A model generated the notes under the pieces. The model ran no database searches. It was not told where the DNA came from and saw only the letters and a list, made by a program, of their open reading frames with translations. Shown here piece after piece: positions 57,594-64,000 of a stretch of 64,000 nt of DNA. This stretch comes from Ostreococcus lucimarinus (lineage: Eukaryota), in NCBI GenBank assembly GCA_000092065.1, contig CP000582.1. One strand, given 5' to 3'. Made by a program: the position numbers and the translations under genes. The first letter of the stretch is position 1, and each line of letters begins with the position of its first letter.

Positions 57594-58529
57594 TCACACG
57601 CCGGCCTGCGCGACGCGTTGAAGAAACATCTCAAACGAATCCACGTACGCCCGCTTCCCCTCTCCCACGCGCGCCTCCTGGTAAAGCGCGCACGACGTCT
57701 CCTGGTAAAGCGCGCACGACGTCTCGACCGCATCGCCTGAATATCCTCGCAATGTCGCGCGGGCGAATACTAAACTCGGCCGCGACGCGCCTTCGTGGTC
57801 GAACACATCCGTCGCGCGCACGGCGTCGTCGCCGAATGCCGCCACCATCGCCGCCAACAACCGCGCGCGGCCAAGACTGGGGTAGACGACAAAAAATTCT
57901 CCATCCTCTCTCAGCGCCTCCTTTGCGAACCCGATAAAGTCGTGAATCGTCGCCGCGCCTCCATCCTCCAGTATGCCAAACCGAGCGCCTTTTTTCTCTT
58001 TATTCTTCGGCGGCGTCCCGCGCGTCGCCTCGAAAAACGGTGGGTTCGTCAGCACCACATCGAACGCCCGCCGCATTTTACGATCGTCCAGCAGCGCCCG
58101 CGCGTCTTCCACGACATCCCCCGGCACGACGTCGAACGCATCGCTCGCTCGCGCGTTCGTCTCGACGCTTCGTCGAAGCCTCTCGCAGCTGTCCCGCTGC
58201 GCCTCGACGAACGTCGCGCGCGCGGGCCGCGCTCCCGACAGCGCGTACGCGAGCCCGACCGCCCCGCTCGAGCCCGCCCCGAGGTCGCACGCGCGATCGG
58301 CGAAACTCTCGACGTCGCCGCGGCTTCGTCTCGCGAACCACGCGAGGGCGAGGGCGTCGACGCCCGTGCGGTAGCCGACTTTGCTTTGCACCACGCGAAG
58401 CTTCGAGGCGCCGAGCACGTCGAGAGTTTCGCCGTCGGCGACGCGCGGCGCGCGCGGAGCGGTCGAAAGCGCGCGGACGATCGTCGTCGCGGGACGAGCG
58501 GCGCGAGGGGACGCGAGCGCGGCGCGCAT
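57594..58529 (-). CDS. SAM-dependent methyltransferase, small-domain N6-adenine type (YfiC/TrmN6/HemK-like, NPPF motif)
   Basis: ATG at 58529. Motif I: CDLGAGSSGAVGLAYAL. Motif IV: DVVLTNPPFFE. The C-terminus carries a perfect 24 bp tandem duplication encoding ETSCALYQ twice. Confidence 0.6.
   Translation of the reverse strand: MRAALASPRAARPATTIVRALSTAPRAPRVADGETLDVLGASKLRVVQSKVGYRTGVDALALAWFARRSRGDVESFADRACDLGAGSSGAVGLAYALSGARPARATFVEAQRDSCERLRRSVETNARASDAFDVVPGDVVEDARALLDDRKMRRAFDVVLTNPPFFEATRGTPPKNKEKKGARFGILEDGGAATIHDFIGFAKEALREDGEFFVVYPSLGRARLLAAMVAAFGDDAVRATDVFDHEGASRPSLVFARATLRGYSGDAVETSCALYQETSCALYQEARVGEGKRAYVDSFEMFLQRVAQAGV
57674..57721. repeat. Perfect 24 bp tandem duplication (CTCCTGGTAAAGCGCGCACGACGT x2) inside coding sequence
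   Basis: Read directly: 57674..57697 is identical to 57698..57721. In frame on the minus strand, giving TSCALYQE TSCALYQE. Confidence 0.9.
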
Positions 58530-58737
58530 GGGTGGGGAGTCGCGCGCGCGAGGCGGCGACTGCCGTCGCGCGCGTCTTCGGTAGCCGCGTCGTCGTCGTC
58601 GTTGGGTCACAAACGTCTACGTGGGCGCGCGTCGCCAGTTCTTCTAATTAATCGTTGATCACGTACACACAATACACTCTCACGCCTCCCGCCTATCGTT
58701 GTCGAATAAAGAATTGTATTCTTCTCGCCGAGCGCGT

Positions 58738-59459
58738 TTACGCCGTCAAGAGACCCTTGTCCCGTCGCAACTCTTGCTTGTACTTGGACATGCGCGCCTT
58801 GCGTCGAGCGCCGGTGTTCTTGTGCAAGATCCCCCGCGCCACGGCCTTATCCACGGACTTTGTCGCTTCCGAGATCAACGTTTCCAAACCGCTAATATCC
58901 GCCTCCGTGCACGCGTCCGCCGCCATGAGTTCGCTCGCGTTGACGAAAACCTTCTTCATTCGCGTCGTGATTTCAGACTTTCGCGCCTTGTTATACAAGC
59001 GTTCCTTTTGCGACAATCGCGTGCGCGCAACCTTGTTTTGCGCCGCGCGCACGATGAAAGCCCCTCGAGCCGGCGACGCCGTCGTCGAGCCTGCGCGCGC
59101 GCGACCCCGCGTTTAGGGTTCCAGGTCAGTCACCGCCCCGTCCGCGCGCTTCTTATCTCCCCCTTCCTCCCGCGCGCGCGACGCGCGTTCGCCCGTCGCG
59201 CGCCGTCGAGCGATCGTCGAGAAACGCATCGTCCTCTTCCCGCGATCGCGCGACGCGTCGCGCCGCGCGCGCGCGCCCGCGACCCCTCATCGCCGCGCGC
59301 GCGCCTCCCACCGCGTCGCGCGCCGTCGCGCGCGCGTCGTCGCGCGTCGCGCGTCGCGCGTCGCGCGTCGCCCGGAGCGCGTCCGATTCGACGATTCGTA
59401 CCTCGAGCGAGCGCGGTCTTGGACGCGACGGCGTTGGAGAACGTGAGCGCGGCGTGCAT
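58738..59459 (-). CDS. PRPS20: Plastid ribosomal protein S20 (bS20), two exons
   Basis: Exon 2 is 59090..58738: ...VRAAQNKVARTRLSQKERLYNKARKSEITTRMKKV...AVARGILHKNTGARRKARMSKYKQEL, collinear with bacterial bS20. Exon 1 is 59459..59402: MHAALTFSNAVASKTALAR+G, a transit-peptide start. Phase-1 junction reconstructs Gly. Confidence 0.75.
59091..59401 (-). other. Intron of plastid S20 gene (311 nt)
   Basis: Donor CGAG|GTACGA. GGTGACTGACCTGG about 33 nt upstream of acceptor GCGCGCGCAG|GC. Contains (GCGCGTC)n tandem repeats at about 59338..59366. Confidence 0.65.
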
Positions 59460-59651
59460 GGCGCGTCGATGTGTGCGGCGTCGCGCGCGCGGCGACGTCG
59501 CCGCGCCGGCGCGCGCGAAAAGAGCCTTAAATATGAGATTTGATGGCGCGACGGCGGTGTCGTTCGTACGTTCGTGTGTTTATCACTGTTTACACATACA
59601 CAGATTGCGCGGTCGGTCGCGCCCGTCGGTCGCGCGCGCGCGCGCGTCCGC

Positions 59652-60368
59652 ATGGCGCCGCGCGCGCTCGCCGCGCGCGCGCGTCCGGCGCCGATTCGCG
59701 CGCGCGCTCGAAGAGAACGTCGTCGCGCTCTCGCGTCGTCGTCGAGCGCGAGCGACGAGCTGTGCGCGCGCGTGGACGAGCTGAATGCATTCGTCGGCTG
59801 CGAGACGCGCGCGGTGACGGTGCGCGAGCGCGCGCTCGGCCGCGGCGCGTTCGGCGTCGTCCTGCGCGCGTCTCGCGACGGCGGCGTCGGCGCGCTCGAC
59901 GCGCTGGTGACGCGGCGGAGCGAGACGAAGGACGTGTGGCCGGGCGGGACGGACGCGGCGACGAGCGGCGTGGTGCGCGCGACGCGAGGGCGCGACGGCG
60001 AGGCGGCGGCGGCGGAGACGTACGAGGAAACGATGCGACGGGAGCTGGAGGAAGAGCTCGGGAGCGATGCGGCGAGAGGCGCGAGCGTGCGGGAGTTGTT
60101 CACGTTTCCGTACGAGGACGCGTACATGCGAGTGTTCGGCGCGTGCTTTGAAATCGTGCTCAGGGACGACGCCGAAATCGAATTCGCGGACGGCGAAGTG
60201 GCGGCGGCGAGATTCGTGAGTCTGGATGAGTTGGCGAGGAGCCTGAGAGAGGGGCGGGAGAATTTCACGCCGATCGGGAAGTACGTGCTGGAGTCGTACT
60301 TGGCCTTCGTCGAGACGGGCGCGCGGCCGCCCTCGGCGTGGGCCGAGCGGCGCGTCGAACCTTCGTGA
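59652..60368 (+). CDS. Nudix hydrolase
   Basis: ATG at 59652. Nudix box with insertion, ending in the REx2EE core: PGGTDAATSGVVRATRGRDGEAAAAETYEETMRRELEEELG. Transit-like N-terminus. Confidence 0.65.
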   Translation: MAPRALAARARPAPIRARARRERRRALASSSSASDELCARVDELNAFVGCETRAVTVRERALGRGAFGVVLRASRDGGVGALDALVTRRSETKDVWPGGTDAATSGVVRATRGRDGEAAAAETYEETMRRELEEELGSDAARGASVRELFTFPYEDAYMRVFGACFEIVLRDDAEIEFADGEVAAARFVSLDELARSLREGRENFTPIGKYVLESYLAFVETGARPPSAWAERRVEPS

Positions 60369-60437
60369 GAGACGAGTGCTTTGCATTTAAAAATAATCGC
60401 GCTAGTGTAGAGTGTAGTATAATTCGTTTGGATGTAG
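60369..60437. terminator. 69 bp AT-rich spacer between convergent stops (Nudix + / PTGES2-like -)
   Basis: GCATTTAAAAATAATCGCGCTAGTGTAGAGTGTAGTATAATTCGTTTGGATG. Confidence 0.45.
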
Positions 60438-61472
60438 TCAGTTCTCTAAGCCGTCCGTGCGGGTGGCCGGTCCCACGGCTTTTTCCATGCGCTCGTACCA
60501 GGGGCGGATCGAAGTGTTCGCCATGACGTCCGCGAACGTCTCAAACGTCTTCACGGCGCGCAAGACACCGAACACGCACAAATCTGCGTTATTCGGCGCA
60601 TCGCCGCCGCAGAATTTACGAGAGCCGACCGCTTCGTCGACGAACTTGTCGCACTCGGCGTATAAATCGGCGCGCTCGTCCTCGATTCCGTGTCGCTTCT
60701 TCAGCACGCGATGGGCGATGACGTACATGGACGCCGCCCCCACCCATCTCGCGCTCTCGCGCTCAAAGTACCCAAAATTCCCTCTCTTTGTGATGTAATC
60801 GAAAGATTTCACCGCTTCCGCCCACGTGCGGTAGATGTTCGGCGTCAAAACGTGCACGAAGCGTTCGTCGACCCACTTCGTCCACGTCGCCTCGCGTTCG
60901 AGGTACGCCTTCGTCTTCTTCGCCCCGAACCACGCCCCCGCGTTCGCGCTCGACCCGCTCGCGTCGAACCGCTTCGTGAGCTCGGCGATGATCGCGCTCG
61001 AATCGTTCAACTTTTCGTCCCCCACGGTGACGATCGGGACCTTTTTCCATCCATCCTCGACCCATCCCAGTTCGCCCTTCGTCATCGGGTTCACCTCCAC
61101 GACGTCGTACGGCGTCCCGTGATAATCCAAAAACGCCTTCACCTTGTTACAGAACGGGCACACGTCGTACTGATACAGCGTCACGCGCGCGCCTCCGAGC
61201 GCCGCGTCCGCCGGGCTCGTCCTCGGCGCCTCCGCGCTCGCCTCGCGTCCCGCCGTCGTCGCCGCGAGCGCCGCCGCCGCCGCCGCCGCCGCCGTCGCCG
61301 TCGCCGCCGTCCCCGCGCGCGTCCTCGTCGACGCGCGCGCCGTCGTCGCCGCCGTCGACGCGCGATGCGTCATCGCGCGCGTCGTCGTCGCGCGCATCGG
61401 CGTCGCGCGCGTCACCGCGTCGCGCATCAGCGACATCGCCCGTCGACGCGCCGACGCCGTCGTCGTCATCAT
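60438..61472 (-). CDS. Prostaglandin-E synthase 2-like glutaredoxin/GST-fold protein
   Basis: ATG at 61472. After an Ala/Thr-rich presequence: VTLYQYDVCPFCNKVKAFLDYHGTPYDVVEVNP...KVPIVTVGDEKLNDSSAIIAEL. CPFC thioredoxin-fold motif and order match PTGES2. A GST-C-like helical domain follows. Confidence 0.7.
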   Translation of the reverse strand: MMTTTASARRRAMSLMRDAVTRATPMRATTTRAMTHRASTAATTARASTRTRAGTAATATAAAAAAAALAATTAGREASAEAPRTSPADAALGGARVTLYQYDVCPFCNKVKAFLDYHGTPYDVVEVNPMTKGELGWVEDGWKKVPIVTVGDEKLNDSSAIIAELTKRFDASGSSANAGAWFGAKKTKAYLEREATWTKWVDERFVHVLTPNIYRTWAEAVKSFDYITKRGNFGYFERESARWVGAASMYVIAHRVLKKRHGIEDERADLYAECDKFVDEAVGSRKFCGGDAPNNADLCVFGVLRAVKTFETFADVMANTSIRPWYERMEKAVGPATRTDGLEN

Positions 61473-61615
61473 TCCGAATCGATCGTCCGCGCGTTCGCGC
61501 GCGCGTCGGCGATGCCTCGGCGCGAGACCGCGGCGTCGACGATGCCCTCGCGCGCCGTCGTCGAGCCCGCGCGCGCGTCGTCGTCGCGTCGCGAAGTCTC
61601 GTCGACGCGCCGTCG

Positions 61616-62770
61616 ATGCGCGCGCGACGTCACGTCGCGACGCGCGACGACGACGGCGCGCGACGTCGCGCGCGCCGCGCGAGCGGGATGTCGAGCGACG
61701 ACGCGCCGACGTTCGACGCGCTCGAGACGCGCCGCGCGTGCCGCGCGCTGCTGCCGACGCTCGATTTAGAGCGCGCGACCGAACGCTCGGTGCGCGAGGC
61801 CGTGCGCGACGCCCTGCGCGCGGCGCGCGGCGACGACGGGCGAGACGTCGATCGAATCGTCGTGCAAAACGAGATCGACGCGTTCCTGGGGCGCGCGGAC
61901 GCGGCGGTGGCGGCGAACGAGGACGGCGAGCGCGGGGCGACGACGACGGCGACGACGAAGCGCGAACGCGTCGACGACGAGGGGTCGCCGACGACCGGAG
62001 GGAATAAGAGGGCGAGCGCGACGGCGGAAGAGAGCGCGCTGGATGAAACGCGAGTGTTGGCGGCGCTGGAGGCGATCGGAGAGGACGGGACGGAGGCGAA
62101 GGCGTTGGCGAGCTTTTTGAAGCGCGACAAGACGGCGGTGAACAAGGCGCTGTACGCGATGGCGGCGCGCGGATCGGCGAGGAGAGAAGACGGCGAGGGC
62201 GGGGCGCCGAGGTGGTTCGTGGCGAACGCGAGGGTCGGTGCGAGCGAGGCGGCGACGACGCAGAGCGCGCGGCCGGCGAGCTCGACGGCGGACGCGGCGA
62301 CGACGGACGCGGCGACGAGCGCGGGCGGCGACGACGCGGTGGAGAACGAAGTCGTGGCGCTGTCGAAGACGAAGCGCGTGACGGTGCGAAAGTGGAAGGA
62401 AACGACGCTCGTTGACATTCGCGAGTACTATCAAGCCGGTGGCGAGGGACCGTACAAGCCGGGGAAGAAAGGGATTTCGTTGTCTTCGGCGCAGTGGCGG
62501 GTGCTCGACGCGAACATCGATAAAGTGGCGAGCGCCATCGAGGCGTGCGAGGCGTCGAGCCAAGAGCAGCTGGTGTGCGAGATGTCGAACACGCGACGGT
62601 GCACGGTGAGCAAGTACAAAGGGAAAGTTTTGGTCAACATTCGCGAGTACTACGAAAAAGATGGCGAGATGCGACCGGGAATGAAAGGAGCGTCTCTCGC
62701 GGTCGAAGCAGCGCGACGTCTCGTCGCGCACGCGTCGCAAATTTCTGCGCGCGTGGCTAGCCTCGAGTAG
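61616..62770 (+). CDS. Transcriptional coactivator PC4/Sub1 family (KELP-like: DEK-C domain + two PC4 ssDNA-binding repeats)
   Basis: ATG at 61616 (alternative ATG at 61688). DEK-C-like: PTFDALETRRACRALLPTLDLERATERSVREAVRDAL. PC4 repeats: VALSKTKRVTVRKWKETTLVDIREYYQAGGEGPYKPGKKGISLSSAQW and CEMSNTRRCTVSKYKGKVLVNIREYYEKDGEMRPGMKGASLAVE. Confidence 0.7.
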   Translation: MRARRHVATRDDDGARRRARRASGMSSDDAPTFDALETRRACRALLPTLDLERATERSVREAVRDALRAARGDDGRDVDRIVVQNEIDAFLGRADAAVAANEDGERGATTTATTKRERVDDEGSPTTGGNKRASATAEESALDETRVLAALEAIGEDGTEAKALASFLKRDKTAVNKALYAMAARGSARREDGEGGAPRWFVANARVGASEAATTQSARPASSTADAATTDAATSAGGDDAVENEVVALSKTKRVTVRKWKETTLVDIREYYQAGGEGPYKPGKKGISLSSAQWRVLDANIDKVASAIEACEASSQEQLVCEMSNTRRCTVSKYKGKVLVNIREYYEKDGEMRPGMKGASLAVEAARRLVAHASQISARVASLE

Positions 62771-62844
62771 ATTTGGAAGAAGATGTGGAACACCGACGAA
62801 ATGTAAAACGATGAACGAAATGCTTACCAAGGCGCTCGCGATGC

Positions 62845-64000
62845 TCACTCCTCGAACGGTTGTTCGAGTAACTCTTTTCGAATCCACACCGCGTAATCGT
62901 CGCCGTGCGTTGCGAGCTCGAACTCTGCGATTTGAGCGAGTATTTCACCCGGAACGTCGTATCTCGGCCCTAGCTTGACGATGATTTTGTCATCGATGAC
63001 CGCGACGTATAAATCGCTCTCGGCGATTTTGATGTCAACTCTGCTCTCGCAGCACACGTTGGCGAGCTTACGGCAGCTCAACAAAGCTCGAATTTCTGAT
63101 GTTAGCGATTAGGACCAACCCAAGTTTTCGTCGCAGCACCAAATGTGCGGGCCAAACACGCAGGGAATGCCGGGATGCAGAAGCGTGTACGCGTAACCCA
63201 AACCGAGACGATCGAGTGGAAACGGCCAGTGATTCTGCGGGTATCCGGTATCGTGGTTGTCGAGAAATGTCACAGCACTTTGCGGTACCCAGCCGGCAAG
63301 CCCAGGCATGCCGCCTTGCTGGTCTCGTAGCCGCCAAAACTCTACTCGCTTGACTGCTTCTTGTAGAATTCCCTTGGTCACGAAGTCGAACAACGCCGCG
63401 CATTCGTCTGCGGCGTTCAACCAATCCACGAGCACGCGTCTCGGCTTGTCTTGATTGTACTCGAGAAAGCTTCCCGACCACGTCATCCCGACCCAGTTCT
63501 CGCCGACGCAGAATTGCTCAAATCCAACCGTTTTCTCCACATACTCTCTCACGAAATTCGGAGCGTAGCCTTGGACGAAATCGAACCTCCATCCGCTGAA
63601 ACCGATGTCATCTTTCAACCAGTTCAACCACTCGATGATCGCTTCGCGAATCTCGGCGTTTGTGTGGTCGAGATCAGGGGCGATTTCGATCGAGTCGCCA
63701 CTATCGTTGGCTCCTTGACCTTCGCGAAAAAATGGATCGTCGCCGACGATGGCGTAAGCTCCCCAATTTATTCGTCTCCCGCTCGGCGTTACTTCGTCCG
63801 CAAACGAGATGAAGCGGCCATCCGAAGCGTACTCAGCGCAACGATGGTTGATGACGATGTCGCACACGGCTACTATTCCGGCTTTTTTCAGAGCCTGTAC
63901 CAACGATTTAAGCTCCGCTTCATCGCCGTACTCGCTACCGTCCAAGTTGTAAATTTCCGATGGCATGTAACCGTGCTCGTCTACCGATAACGACGGTGGA
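62845..64000 (-). CDS. AMY: Alpha-amylase (GH13, plant AMY-type), 5' end beyond window; catalytic core and C-domain separated by one in-frame TAA
   Basis: 63966..63109: GYMPSEIYNLDGSEYG, IVAVCDIVINHRC, GWRFDFVQGY, FCVGENW, FLDNHDTG, HPGIPCVF. The coding sequence continues upstream to the window edge as ...PPSLSVDEHGYMP. TAA at 63109..63111. Then same-frame ORF 63084..62845 encodes the AMY C-domain: ...SRVDIKIAESDLYVAVIDDKIIVKLGPRYDV...HGDDYAVWIRK. Confidence 0.7.

Noticed and set aside
63085-63108. A conventional (over 100 nt) intron bridging the amylase core to its C-domain
   Set aside because: No upstream GT donor gives an in-phase junction without deleting conserved HPGIPCVF residues. Only the 24 nt GT...AG interval works, and that is too short to call with confidence. 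I kept it as an open alternative in the findings rather than annotating it.
1-64000. Prokaryotic, organellar or viral origin; mobile elements; CRISPR
   Set aside because: Genes are eukaryotic nuclear types (POLD1, USP7, CDC37, COG3, RPN10, Patched, PIG-V) with spliceosomal introns and transit peptides.

GC content is uniform, with no low-GC island, no integrase or transposase or reverse-transcriptase motifs, no terminal repeats, and no repeat-spacer arrays. The (CG)n and short tandem repeats are simple-sequence, not CRISPR.
1-64000. tRNA or rRNA genes
   Set aside because: I scanned for T-loop consensus (GGTTCGAATCC, GTTCGAGTC variants) and rDNA-like conserved blocks and found none. A covariance-model search would be needed to be certain.

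Overview
This 64 kb window is a very GC-rich, gene-dense nuclear chromosome segment from a eukaryote. GC is roughly two-thirds by eye; I did not compute it. My guess is a picoplanktonic green alga of the Mamiellophyceae type (Micromonas- or Ostreococcus-like), for four reasons:
- Genes are mostly single-exon and only about 1.7 kb apart.
- There is a green-lineage light-harvesting (LHC) protein, a plant-type ferritin, DPE1, the variable subunit of ferredoxin-thioredoxin reductase, a PsbP-like protein, plastid ribosomal protein bS20 and a PNPase.
- Codon usage is extremely GC3-biased.
- The few introns share a GTGCG(C/T) donor and a yeast-like ACTGAC branch point 25-40 nt upstream of the AG.

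I call about 37 protein-coding genes on both strands. Among them:
- DNA polymerase delta catalytic subunit, a STE20 kinase, an AFG2/SPATA5-like AAA ATPase, ferritin and COG3.
- A cGMP-dependent protein kinase with four cyclic-nucleotide-binding domains, DPE1, FTR-V, RPN10, an SLBP-like protein and an LHC.
- RPS14, USP7, PIG-V, PNPase, a nitronate monooxygenase, CDC37 and a Patched/SSD protein.
- Plastid S20, a Nudix hydrolase, a PTGES2-like GST, PC4/KELP and an alpha-amylase (see the features list for the remainder).

I reconstructed six introns in five genes by bridging conserved protein segments across frame breaks. The genes are RPN10, LHC, a coiled-coil gene, RPS14 and plastid S20. The RPS14 gene has an ATG-only first coding exon.

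The ORF track uses non-ATG starts (TTG/GTG). Many of its long ORFs are Arg/Ala-rich artefacts of the high GC content, so I re-anchored starts to in-frame ATGs.

Observations that deserve a second look:
- A single 873 aa protein at 29342..31963 fuses a PhyH-type 2OG-Fe(II) dioxygenase, itself split by two SANT/Myb repeats, to a GT2 glycosyltransferase. This is a candidate hydroxylate-then-glycosylate enzyme.
- Two gene bodies are interrupted by a single in-frame stop codon: the alpha-amylase C-domain and a K/E-rich hypothetical gene.
- Seven convergent gene pairs are separated by only 35-72 bp AT-rich spacers.
- There are very short bidirectional promoters.
- A perfect 24 bp tandem duplication sits inside a methyltransferase gene.

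I found no rRNA, tRNA, CRISPR array, mobile element or foreign (low-GC) island. Everything here comes from reading the sequence by eye, with no database searches.
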